A stretch of DNA of 64,000 nt, taken from the NCBI RefSeq assembly GCF_009914755.1, contig NC_060929.1; one strand, given 5' to 3'. The position numbers and the translations under genes were made by a program. Origin of the DNA: the human T2T-CHM13v2.0 reference genome, Homo sapiens. Every line of letters begins with the position of its first letter. Position 1 is the stretch's first letter. Under the pieces are notes generated by a model, which worked only from the letters and a program-made list of their open reading frames with translations, had not been told where the DNA came from and searched no databases. Positions 1 to 13,099 of the stretch are shown piece after piece.

Positions 1-44
1 TCCCAAAGTGCTGGGATTACAGTCCTGAGCCACTGTGCTCGACC
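1..44 (-). mobile_element. Alu 5' end, cut by the window edge
   Basis: tcccaaagtgctgggattaca...gagccactgtg is the reverse complement of the Alu start. Confidence 0.9.
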
Positions 45-202
45 CCAGGCTTCTGTGGTCTCAGCCTAATGCCCTGCTTTATTTTCTCCATAGCACTTTC
101 ACTGCCTGAATCTATATTATGCATCGTATTGTCTGTCTGTATCTCCTCTCTAGGATAAGGTCCATATTGGAGCTGGAATAACTTGTTCGACGTTGTGTTC
201 TC

Positions 203-517
203 TTTTTTTTTTTGAGACAGAGTCTCGCTCTGTCACCCAGGCTGGAGTGCAGTCGTGTGATCTCAGTTCACTGCAACCTCAGTTCACTGCAACCTCCGCC
301 CCCCAGGTTCAAGCGCTTCTCCTGCCTCAGCCTCCCGAGTAGCTGGGATTACAAGCACCTGCCACCATGCCCTGCTAATTTTTTTATTTTGATTTTTAGT
401 AGAGATGAGGTTTCACCATGTTGGCCAGGGTGGTCTGGAGCTCCTGACCTCAGGTGATCCTCCTGCCTCCGCCTCCCAAAGTGCTGGGATTACAGGCGTG
501 AGCCACCACTCCCAGCC
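203..517 (-). mobile_element. AluS, inserted in an L2 3' fragment
   Basis: Full dimer with poly-T; gttgtgttctc repeated on both sides (TSD). Confidence 0.95.
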
Positions 518-2255
518 ATCAAATGTTGTGTTCTCAACACCCTATGCAAGGTCTGCGCTCAATAAGTATTTATTGAGTATGTAAATGAGTGAATGTGACT
601 TAACAAGCTAAGAGTCTGTGACTACTTTGGTGATTGGATAACTCCCTACTGCTACTGTATGGGAACTTCAAAGACAAGATGAAAGGAAACAGTTGTTCTA
701 GAAACCCACATAGGCCAAAAGTGAATTTCCCATTGGCAAGGTTCGCAGGCAAAAGTGAACTCCCAGAATTGCAATGTGGTATAAATAAGGAAAAGGTAAA
801 CAAATAGAGTAAAAGAGGGAGGAAGGAAAGAAGGAAGGAAGAGAGCAAACCCAGTGAATTTAAATTCAAGGCTGTAAGGATGAGATTCTAATGCTAAAAA
901 GAGTACAGTTTGCTGATAGCGGGTTGGTGAAAGGAGAGACATTTTCTAACTCTCTTTCAAACCAAGCCCTCATTTTACCCCTGGGTTCTTACTTGATCAT
1001 TATAATAAGCATTAACATTTCTAGACTACCTTTTCCTCCTTTTCCTAATAAGGCTAATTATGGTCTCAGATCCTCAGGGATTACATAGAGAAGTATGAGA
1101 GATGTTTTGTTTTGGTTTGATTTTTGCCATACTGTTCTCTCCATAAACTGTTTTCTTCCACAGTTTCAGAAACATACTCTTCCACTGAGCTGAGACAAAC
1201 TCCCTCTGGCTCAAATCAGATTTCTACAATAAATCTGATTCCATGCTCTTCCCCAGCACCCTCTCATCTCACCCCTCTTTTCTTCTCTACACCTTCCTGC
1301 TTGCTTAGTACAGCTGTCGTTGGTTGTGTAAACCTGTTGTCCCATAAGTGTCTGTGTGTGAGTCTGGCTTTTGCCCAGTTTTGCTCTGAGATTTGGGCCG
1401 CTGTGTTTTTCATTGCCCATCTGCCTGGAGACCAGTTACAGCATGCGAGGATCCTGGGGTACATGTTGTCATAGAGCCACAGAATAGATTTCCCTTATCC
1501 CTGTTCGCAAGTGAGGACTCTTCTTTGGCGGCAATGCCCCTGAATAGGCTGCAGCAGTGAGCAGAGAGGAAGCAATGGAGACAGAAGGTAGTGGCATGTT
1601 CTGGGGATGGCTACAAAGCAATCAGGAAGTGCTCCAAAGTCCCTGTGACTTATTAGCACTCTCTAGCAGCTTCCTTACAGCTGCAGCCTCTTTCAATCCA
1701 TGCCTATGAAAGTTCTTGCCAACCTTTACACTATTCACTGCCCCCAAGCATCTGTACCTTTGAACAGAGCAGAATCTGGCCGGCAAGTCTGGGTCTGAGG
1801 TCCAGGAAAACTGTCCTCTTACTACCTTGCTGTGGGACCTCCTCAGAAAAGACACTTAGTATCTCTGGGTCTCAGCTTCCTCATCTCTAAGATGGGTACA
1901 GTAATCCTGAGACAGGTGATATTTTCTACTTCTCAGGGTTATTTTAAGAAAACACAAGTGGAACAGAGGTTAAGGTATCTGACCACTCTTCAAGATGAAG
2001 GAGATGTTAATAGATGTTCCCTCCATGCCTAGTTACTAAAGGATGGTGTAGCTGACAGGGGCAGCCACTGGGGGTTCTGTAGCTTTTTCATTAGACTCCA
2101 GGCTCTGAGCTCTGTTCTGAGAATGGGAAGACATCAGAATGCCAGAATTCAGAAACAGAAGTACAAGAACAAAAAGTTTCCTCACTGGGAAGTGGAAGAA
2201 TGGAGGAAGCCCTCTGAGTGAGGTCCACCGGAATCATTAGGATGGGACTTGGTTG

Positions 2256-2770
2256 TGTCGGGGAGGGAAGACTTTCCCTTTACCCACAGAGGGGTTAATA
2301 ACTGAGTGTATGAAATAAACGGACAGCAGGCAGATTAAGAGGAGAAAAGGTACACACATTTTGTATATGCACAGGGGGCATCCAAGGAAAAAAAGTGAAT
2401 ACCCCCAAACCCAGTGGGATCTAGAAGCTTATAGACAGGGGAGGAAGGACGCAGAGAACACAGGAGAGAGTAAATGATGCATGGAACCTCCAAAGAATAG
2501 GTGACAGATAGCCCATGACAGTCTGTCTCGGTGTGGCGTTAACCCCCAGTCTCCCCTCCTGAGATAGGAGTTAATCTTCCCTGGTAATGAGATTCCGGGG
2601 AGGGGATCCGTTGGCAGTTGCATTCCTTTTGGAGGATCAGTCTTCAGGCAGATAAGAGAAGTTCAGAGAAAGCCCCTCCCTGAATGTGCTGCTCCCCAGG
2701 TGCCCTCAGTGTGAAGCAATCAGCACGGCAAAGCGGCTTGTGTTGGGGGGACATTTCCTGAACTCCTTCA
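2256..2770 (-). mobile_element. ERV1 solo LTR, MER34-like
   Basis: TG...CA termini; 4-bp TSD GTTG at 2252-2255 and 2771-2774; minus-strand start TGAAGGAGTTCAGGAAATGTCCCCCAA resembles recalled MER34-type LTR starts. Confidence 0.7.
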
Positions 2771-2996
2771 GTTGGCTGCTTAGATTTAAAAGACTGCAGT
2801 GATCAGATGTCAGAGAATTAAAACTGCAAGTCACAAGCTCTGATAACAATAAAATTTCATGTCTCTTACCACTTAAGCACATTCTAGACTCAGGCAAAAG
2901 GAAAAAAAAAAAAAGAAGAAAAGCTCTAGAGTTACAGTATCATGCTGCTAGCTTTGTTTGCTTTTAGTCTTCCCAAAAATAACCATTTACTGAGAC

Positions 2997-3272
2997 AATG
3001 GTCAGCAAATTTTTCTATAAAGGGCAAGATAGTAAATATTTTAGGATTTTTAGGCCAACTTTGTTGTCATAGCAGGAAAGCAGTCATACAGTAAATAATT
3101 ATACATGGCTGTATTCCAATAAAACTATTTATGCACACTGAGATTTGAATTTAAGTTTTATGTGTCACAAGAAATTATTATTCTTAAACTTTTTCCCCAG
3201 CCCCTAAAAATGTAAAAACCATTGTTACAGCAGGCTGGATTTGGCCCACGGGCCACAGTTTGCTGACCTCTG
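2997..3272. mobile_element. MER58-like hAT-Charlie DNA transposon
   Basis: Terminal inverted repeats ggtcagcaaa / tttgctgacc and the internal gatagtaaatattttagg motif. Confidence 0.8.
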
Positions 3273-6200
3273 TACTATACTGTTTGGGCATTTTTCCTTA
3301 AATTTTCAAGAAATTTGTCAGGAAATTTGGTAAATCCCCTTTTAGATAGCAATTTTGTCAAGCTTTTAAGGAATCAATTAGCACATACTAATGAACTTGT
3401 TCCCTTGATAGAGCTGTCTGTGATTTAATTTTCACATACATGTTCTTAAAGAAGAGACCTGGAGAGCCTGCAATCCAACTGCTTTGGAACAGGTTTGTGC
3501 TGGTGACATTGGAGAAAGACAAAAAGCAAACTGAGGAAGAGGTTCCTTTGCTAGGCATTATTCCAGGAGCATGGGAAAGGCCAATGAGTCAGTGAGCTTC
3601 ATGGATTTGTAAATCTTTAGAACGTGAGATGAAAAAGGGAACAGTAGGAGCGATAAATAATTTGTTTTACTCATAGCCTAGACAAACCTGCATTTTCAGT
3701 TTGCATTTGAGCGTGAATATAACTTCAGATGTAATTTTACATTCAGGGTGTCCTCCATGGCAATCGCTCTATTGATTTGCTGATGACTCCATGCATGTAA
3801 ATCTGAGCAACATTCATTTGCACAACTTTATTGGCTCTACAGGGAATGATTCACTTTGCTGTTTACCTATTAATTGCTCTTCTGAGGCCTTTGTGCATCT
3901 TACATTATCATACATTTACTAATAATCAGGACACCAATATTTTACCCCCTCTGGCTAGGTAGAGAAGAGAGACTAAAGCAGATGATAAGGAAATATAAAT
4001 TTTCAAAGGAAAGGAACTCACGATGCTCTGATTTCAACTGGAGCATCTGCTCAGTCGGTCGGCTGATATTTCATGGCCTCAGAATGTGCAACTATATACT
4101 GTTTATTCCACTCAATGGATTTTTAAACATTAATATATTGAGGTGATATCCACATACATATCCACACACAAATATCTTACCCATTTTCACTTTGTTTCCT
4201 TTTATTTACTTAATTATCCATTTTGTTCTCTTTCCTTCACATTCATCATAATGTCATGGCTAATCTTTTCTGTTCTTTCCTTTGGAGCATTTCTTGCTTT
4301 TATATAGTTCTTCATTGGGATCATTTCTTAGCATCTAAATTCTTGAATCGTTTCAGTTCTTTGATGGGAGTGGGGCCACAGTTGTTGTTCAGCACAAAGA
4401 GAGGAGGTCTATGAAATCAGCTTAACACAGACACATAGGAGGGACGCGGTGCATGCTGGCTGAGTTTGATGGATCTCATCTGATAATGCAACCGAATACG
4501 AAACACTTATGTACAAATATAAATGAGAAGCAACTGCAGGAGAAAAGATGACTTTTCTAGGGATCTCAGTAGTCATCAGGCTCCTGGCACGAAATAGAGG
4601 CATAAGTACTTGGATGATTTGAAACAAGTTTAATGAGGGGACTGTTTGCAACAGCTTAGTCATGTGCTAGTTGGGACCAGTATCCAGATGGAAAGGGAGG
4701 GCCATCCAGCAAGAGCTATGACCTTCAGACATGTGTCCCATGATAACCTCATAGGGTAAAATTTAGGGGAACACTCTGACTCTTTTTCCTCTCTCTTCTT
4801 TCTTGTTGGTGCTTCCTAATGGGCAGCACACAAGTGGAAGCCAGGCAGGTCAGCTTCCCAGGGCACAGGGCAGGGTGGAGAAGGACAGAGGAATTTAGGA
4901 ATCAAGTCTGAAAAGGTAATCGCCAAACTGGGTTTTGGTCCAGGATCTGCCACTTGATTCCTAAAATTAGTGAGATTCCTTTTGTCTAAAGATTCGATTC
5001 CTCAAGCGTGTTCAGAGAAGAACAAGAAGGTCAGTGTAGCTGGAGAAGGGAGTTCTGGGGCAGAAAAGTCGAAGGAGATGACGTTAGAGAAACCATTGCA
5101 GTAATTGCAAAACAGAAATAGTATTTGTGTTATCGCCAAATAGAAAAGAATATTGTGCTCTATAATGCTTATTGTTAGTGAAAAAAATTCAGGCAACAAA
5201 AAAAATATTAAAAGGTCAAAATGAAAATTATCTCTAAACTCAGCATCTAGGTATAGCCACTATTAATATTTTGGCAGATAATATCTTCCAGAATTTTTTT
5301 TAATCCAATGATGAAATCATAGTACGTACACTTTTTCTGTACAACAAAATACTTTATACATATATAAATGCAAATGAATGTAGGTATACATCACAAAATT
5401 TAATAACAATGTATTCCATTATAAAGGTGTGCCACATTTATTGAACTAATTCCTCATTGATGGACATTTGGATTGCTTCACTGGTGTAAACAAAGCTGGG
5501 CCTCTTGATGGTAACCTTACTTGTCTTTTGGTTGTCCAAGTTCATCTTCCCTTCTGGTATCTTTTTGAAGCAGAGTGGGCCAGCACCATTATTTCTCCAT
5601 TAGTTTCTAGTTGGATAGACTGACATGCACAGCTGATCAGCAAGTGGATGGTATTCTGAACCCAAGTCTCTTATCTGCTATTTCACAAATTTAACCAATA
5701 GCCTATGTTGCACTAATCTCTTATTAACACATAATATTCATATATACCTTTTGAGATAAAAATGTTTTTTCAAAAGGAAAAATAAGTCAGCTGCTGTAAG
5801 GATCTATCTCTAAATCTGAGCCCCAATTGGAAATTTTTGGTGGTACCAGCTTCTTATTCCCACTGATATGAGGAGCCAAGAGGCCTGTCTTAGAACATAG
5901 ATTAGTGCTGCTTTTGAACTCTAATCCCAGCATCTACCATATTTTAAAATGTGATTGTGTCTCCATTTTGGCCCAGTGGAATGTATCTCCCATCACTGAT
6001 GTTGATCACAGGATCCTTAGGGAGTGCAGGGGCATGCCAGCCACAGCTGCTCAGGAGGAAGTATCAACAGTCATCCAGCAGATGGCAGTAGTTCCCACAC
6101 TTACAGAGCCGGACGAGCCCTTGCGACTCAGTCTGGAGTCACCTGAAGTGGTTGACCTTGAGAGCAGCTCCATTAGATTGCGTCAGATAGAGGGCACCTT

Positions 6201-6589
6201 CTATGGTTCAAAGTCCCAACCAACATGGGAGAAGGCAACTAAGTTTAGATTTTTTTCTGGTGCAACCAAACGTCCACAAACAAAAACAGATATTTCTTCA
6301 GCGTTCTTTGGCGTTTATAACATTTTATTTACAATGCTGTGTCAAAATGATGCAAACAACTGGTACATACATTTCTTTCCAAAATAAAATGAAATAAAAA
6401 GCTGGCAAATTCAGAAAGAATTACAACAATGAAAATTAGAGGAGTGGGTGATGAGAAAGGCTACAAACAAATTTGTCAGGCCTTTTTTTTTTTTTTTAAC
6501 ATTACCCCTGAAAACTGTTTGGGTGATGTTCAAGAAAGTAAAGAACCTAATTTCTGACTCTACATTGATTATTTTGCTTGTTTAAGCAC

Positions 6590-7190
6590 TTATTCACACA
6601 GTTTCCAAAATGTGTATTTGATGTCTGTTTATGCCCAGGTAATTTCTGGATGCTGGGGTTTTAGCAGTAAACAAGATCAATAGTGTCTCCGCCCTCATGA
6701 GGTATATCTGTGGGAGAGTCTGTGAAATAAGTCTGTATCACATTATATTACATAAATAATATCATCAGTAATGATAAGTGTCAAGAGGAAAAGTGAAGGG
6801 CTAAGAGGGTGTAGAGGATGGTGGGAGCTGCTGCTTGGGATAGGCTATCAGGGAAGGCTTCTCTCAAAGAGAGATTTGAGCAGAATCCCTCCACGTGGAG
6901 GGAGTGACAAATGCAGAGGTCCTGGGGTGACAGCCCACAGGACACTGGAAGCTCACAGAAAGAGGCCCACGTGGTGGGAATGTGGTGAGTGAGAAAAATG
7001 ATAGGAAGTGAGGTCAGAAAGTTTGCCAGGGGTCAGAGCGTGTCAAATCTTATAGGTCCTGATGAAGACTTTGAATCTTATTCAAAGTTAAAGGCCAAGA
7101 TATTGAAATTTTGAGCAGCAAAATGACATGGCCTGACTTATATTTTAAGCAGGATTGCTGTGGCTGCAGTGGTGGAGCTCACTGGAGAGG
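6590..7190 (-). mobile_element. L2 3' fragment
   Basis: Degenerate match to the recalled L2 3' end; boundaries approximate. Confidence 0.6.
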
Positions 7191-7846
7191 AAGGAGAAGG
7201 AATAAGGAGGCAATTTTATATTGCTTTAAGGAGAACAGACATGAAAAGAAAAAAGAGGTAGAGTGCCAAATGGAAATCATAGAATTTTGAAACTGGCGAG
7301 TCATTGAAGAACCTAGCCAGACTTCCACAATTTTCGGATAAGGAACTGACACCACCAGATTATGTGACTCTCTGAAGGTCTTACAGTCATCTGGGACTCT
7401 CTAGCCAGTGATCCTTGCGCTTCCTGTCCTCTTCTCTGTTGCAGAGACCCCACTTACATGCGTGGTTACACCGCTCCATTCTCACCCATATTCTGTTGGT
7501 TCCTCTTGAGAGCAGTGTGAGTGTTGCTCCCATGCTCCCAAGTGGGGAGTTTCTACATCAGTTCCCTGAGCTATTTCCTTATATAAGCCAGAAGTACTGG
7601 GATGCCTTTGCCTTTCTTAGTGTCTCAGGAACACTTTCTGACCGGGAACACCTGCTGTGTCCTGCTGCATGTCCCAGCCACATGTGGGAAAATCCTGCGG
7701 TTAGACTGAAGGCAGTCTGTGCAGTGACAGAGTGGCCCATAGGGACCTGGCTGTAAACCCAACAGAGGTTAAGAAAGTTTGGGGATCTGTATCCCAGGCT
7801 CATTCTACTGCACTTGGCTCCCACAGGCTCTTTGCTTCATGTCTGT

Positions 7847-7904
7847 TACTACTCTATTGTGCCCCCAAATGCTCAAAAGTATTTGGGGGCACAATAGAGT
7901 GGTA
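7847..7904. repeat. Inverted repeat, 27-bp arms and 4-nt loop
   Basis: tactactctattgtgcccccaaatgct-caaa-agtatttgggggcacaatagagtggta; 25 of 27 pairs Watson-Crick, two G-T. Confidence 0.95.
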
Positions 7905-8122
7905 GATTTCAACTGGGGGTGATTTTGGTCCCCAAAGAATATTTGGCAATGCCTGGAGACATTTTTGGCTGTCACAACTGGGGGGAAAGTGCTACTGGCA
8001 TTTAGTCAGTAGAGACTAGAGATGTTGCTAAATATGAATACCTTGCAATGCACAGAACAGCCCCCTACAATGGAGAATTATCTAGCTCTAAATGTCAATA
8101 GTACTGAAGTTGAGGAACCCTG
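7898..8122. mobile_element. MER20 hAT DNA transposon
   Basis: caactgggggtgattttg...tttggcaatgcctggagacatttttgg...gttgaggaaccctg matches recalled MER20. Confidence 0.85.
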
Positions 8123-8293
8123 CTATAGAACAAAATCAAAGTTAAAAACCTAACCCCTGTTCAAAGTAAAGTGGCAATCAGCTGGGAAATTAACTGACAT
8201 TTAAAAAAACAACTATTTATCAAACTTTTTTGGACTACCACTTATAATAAGTGTATGCAATTTACATTGCAACCTAGTACACACAAACATAAA

Positions 8294-8683
8294 CAGTCAT
8301 TTCTCTGTATTCATGGAGAATTGATTCAAGGACTGTTTCCCACCCACCCCCCCCCCCCGCCCCCGCCACCGCCAACAAACACCAACATCCAAAGATGCTC
8401 AAGTCTCTTATATAAAATAGAGTAGTATTTTCATATAACCTGTGTACACTCTCCTGTATCCTTTAAATATTTATCTCTAGATTACTTATAATACCTAATA
8501 CAATGCAAATGCTATGTAAATCATTTATATACTGTATTGTTTAGGGAATAATGACAATAAAATAAAGCCTGTACATGTTTAGTATAGACATAACCATCCA
8601 TATTTTTTTCCAAATATTTTGGATGTGGGTTAGTTGAATCTGCAGCTGCAGAACCCACTGATACTGATGTGGAGGGTCAATTG
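8294..8683. mobile_element. MER2 (Tigger-derived) element with a C-rich insert
   Basis: gatgctcaagtctcttatataaaat...ctctagattacttataatacctaatacaatg is typical of MER2. Confidence 0.8.
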
Positions 8684-8867
8684 TATAGAAGTACATGTGC
8701 ATATGTGCAAATGTGTCACAGACACTCACAGTACTCACCATTGCTAAATGCAGGACTTTGTATTTTCTCATACCCTTCAGTTCCAATTTTTAAAGTGTGG
8801 TCATGTCCCATTGAATTATTTTTATAATTCACTAATGGGCTTAAAATCTGTAATACTGAACTAAATA

Positions 8868-9205
8868 CAGTAATGCGTTGCTTAACAACAGGGATACATT
8901 CTGAGAAATGCACCATTAGGTGATTTCCTTGTTGTGCGAACATCCTAGAGTTGTACTTAGACAAACCTAGACGGTATAGCCTACAGCACGCCTAGGATCT
9001 ATGGTATAGCTTATTGCTCCTGGGCTACAAACCTGAACAGAATGTTATAGTACTGAATACCACAAGCAAATGTAAGCAGTGGTAAGTGTTTGTACAATTA
9101 CACATGGAAAAGGTACAGTCAAACTATGGTATTATAATCTTACGGGCCTACCATTGTACATGGGTTCCATCATTGACCAGAATGTCACTATGTGATGCAT
9201 GACTA
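8868..9205. mobile_element. Tigger3a-like DNA transposon
   Basis: TA-flanked TIRs cagtaatgc / gcatgacta; internal gggatacattctgagaaatgc. Confidence 0.8.
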
Positions 9206-9286
9206 TATGTAAGGATACTGAATAAAGTAAGGGTGTATTAGGTATGCAAGTTACCAAAAGGATCAGCCATTCATTTCACAAATACT

Positions 9287-9872
<586 letters not shown>

Positions 9873-11404
9873 CGAGTACTTATTTTTGCCAAACCCTTTT
9901 TGAAAAGAGCTGAGACAGCCCTTGCCCTCCAGGGGTCATAATCCAGTCCAGTGCATAGACACACATACACAGTTACCCATATGGTGACGCACAGATATCA
10001 AGAAAATGCTCTGCAGCACGGAGGAGGGGTAATGCTGGTTTTGTGGGTCAGGGAACTGGGAGGTAGCGTGGCCAAGTTTTCACATCACGGTGACTTTGGG
10101 GATCACTGGTAAAAGTTAAGTGGAATTTCTCCAAAGGGGCAGGCGATGAGAAACAAGAGAATTGGGCAGAAGGTTTTCTGGGCTGAGTGTGGAGGGAGGT
10201 GTTGGAGAATAGCCACAGATATTGTCCAGACACCAAAAGGCATAGGGGCATAGAGGCAGAAAGTAGAAACCCATCCTGCAGCTCACTGTTGGGCTAATAT
10301 AAAACCACCTCCACTGGCTTGTTGCTCTCCTGCTCCTCCTTGCTCAGGATAAAGGCCGTATGATGGCCTGACATTCCCAATCTTTCACAATCCACTCCCT
10401 GCCAACCCCTTGATTTATTGCTCCTGGCTTCATAGCATGAGCCCTCCATGCCAGCAGATGGTATACCAGCTATCCCAACTGTCTCCAGGAGCCTTTTTGG
10501 CTATTCCATCTCCTCATCTTTTCTCTGATCAGTAAGTTCCAGGTAGTTGGTGTTTTCTCAAGGTGTAGGTTTCAAATCACTGCAGAAACTCTTCCATTGG
10601 AAAGCAACCCGTGGTGAGCTCACCCACCACACAATTCTGTTTGTTATTCTGACAGTGAATTCTCAGTCTTAGCATTTCATGATTCCCTCTCTGATGGAGA
10701 ATGACTTTGCGATGCTTCAATGCTTGGAAGCCCTGAGCTGCGCTCCTGGTTCCTCCTCTTTCTTTGTCTTGCTTTAGTCAATATGCCAATACCAATTTGA
10801 AAATGAGAACCAGTTACTCTTGCTTGTATTTATTTCGAAAACGTTTCTTGGACACAGATTAATTGTATGACCTAGAGAGAGGCTGTCTTGCTCCTGTCAC
10901 AGGCTGTCTATGAGGTTTTCTTCTAATGTCGCGAATGGTTATGGGTCAGTGAAGACTCAAGCCAGGCTTCTTTCCCTGATTTAAGACTGACTGTCTTTGC
11001 CTGACCTTATATACAAAGTAAGGGAGGTTTTCTTTACTGTGGGACACTGATGGGACCCTCCCCAGCTTAGTTACCACTGATTTTCTCTGCCCACAATGAA
11101 GCCTGTCTACCAGAGCCAGGCTTTTGGAATGTGAGTTTACTCAAGAGATTTGAATATATTTTTAAATCATGGATATTCATTTCCAGTCATGTACAAACAT
11201 GATTTGAGACAGTTCCACCTGACACACCTTTTTAATTAAAAGAAGTATGATAACATAATCAGAAATTAAATAGAGATAGCAGACGTGATTATATCAAGAC
11301 TAGAGATGAGATAGTTACTTAAGCCCTTGAAGTCACTCAACTTTGAGCTTCCCAGAAATCAAGGTCTTACAGAACTCTTAATGTCCGATCAAAAAATGCA
11401 AACC

Positions 11405-12010
11405 AGGCCAGGTGTGGTGGCTCACACCTGCAATCCCAGCATGCTGGGAGGCCAAGGTGAGAGGATTGCTTGAGCCCGGAAATTCAAGACCAGCCTGGGC
11501 AATGTGGTGAAACCCTGTCTGTCTCTACAAAAAACAAAAAGTTAGCTGGTGCCTGTAATCCTACACTTTGGAAGGCCAAGGCAGGTGGATCACTTGAGGT
11601 CAGGGGTTTGAGACCAGCCTGGCCAACATGGTGAAAGCCCATCTCTACTAAAAAAATATATATATATGTATATATAAATTAGCCCGGCATGGTGGCACAT
11701 GCCTGTAATCCCAGCTACTTGGGAGTCTGAGGCAGGAGAATTGCTTGAACCTAGGAGGGAGAGGTTGCAGGGAGCCGAGATTGGGCCACTACCCTCCAGC
11801 CTGGGCAACAGAGTGAGACTCTGTCTCAAAAAAAAAAAAAAAAAAGTTAGCTGGGCTCAGTGGTGCACACCTGTAGTCCCAGCTACTCAGGAGGATCATT
11901 TGAGCCTGGGAGGTCGAGGCTGCCGTGAGCCCTGGTTGTGCCCCTGGACTCCAGTGTGGGTGACAGAGCAAGACCCTGTCTCAAGAAAAAAAAAAAAAAA
12001 CAAAAAAAAA
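11405..12010 (+). mobile_element. AluS nested in the middle A-rich linker of an older AluJ
   Basis: Left arm 11405-11545, inner Alu ~11550-11845, right arm 11846-12010; aaaaagttagctgg duplicated around the inner element. Confidence 0.9.
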
Positions 12011-13099
12011 TGCAAATGAGTTTTTCAGTGAAAATAATTTTTTTTCTGGATACATAAGAAGAAATTACCAAATGAATCATTGTATAAAGAATATTGAGTG
12101 TTATGATGAATAGTGACTTTCAAAGCAGTTTTATAGTAGATGAGAAAATATTTTTTGCATGGCTAGATTTTTACTGATCCTCATTAAAAATTAAGGGTGT
12201 TAATTTGAATTGTAGTTGAGTGAATGGCATTTCTACAGGGATGATCGAACTTGACAGAAGGAAAACCCTTAGAAAATTAGAAGCATTGATGATTTACATG
12301 CCCTTTATAATTATTCAGCAACTTCTCATGTATAGTTTAGAGTCCATCACCTAATATACATTCTTCTGTTGAATACCAGAGTTTTTCTTTTAAACCACAG
12401 CTCAACGTGATTTTTCTAAAGCATCTTAATTATTTTTAGTTCAGACACTCTCTCTGAAGGTAGTAAAACTTCCTTTTCCTTTCTAATTTGTCTAGACTGT
12501 CAGATACAATCTAGATAAATCACCTCTTGGATTTTGTATTTCAGTATCAAGTATTCGTTTATTTGCCTAATTGCTTGTCTATGTAGAAATCACCATGTTG
12601 AGTCCTAAAGTTTTTTCTTTATACTATAAAAATTTTGTCAGTTTATATGTAGGGGTAGGTCTCTAAGCTGAAACATTAGTCCTTCCAAACTATTCTCAAG
12701 GTTTTGTTATGGCTGTTTTTTGTTTCCCCAGCCTGGATAAGTTTTATTTTTATGTTTTTCATTCATATTTTTGTTTCCATTATTCTGGTAAATATCAAAG
12801 AAACACTCATAATCTCTTAGTTTGGATTTTGTTTTCTATATTCACATCCATACACATAATTTTCCCTCCTATTTTTATCTCTTTGACATTTTACTTAGCA
12901 TTCTGACAGAACTTCTCAAGTTCATCCACTACATCACTGATTCAAGTTTCTACAGTATTCATTTTGTTTCTTATTATTGTAGGTATGGATTTTTATTCTC
13001 CTAATAAAATTTAGGCTTTGTTACATTGTTTTGTATTGTGAGTTATTTTAAGTGTGGTGAAAAATATCAGGAACAACTGTATATTCATGACCCAGGTTT

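Noticed and set aside
5905-6387. 160-aa ORF on +
   Set aside because: Starts at GTG, has no recognisable domain and no splice context linking it to EGFLAM; consistent with a chance ORF.
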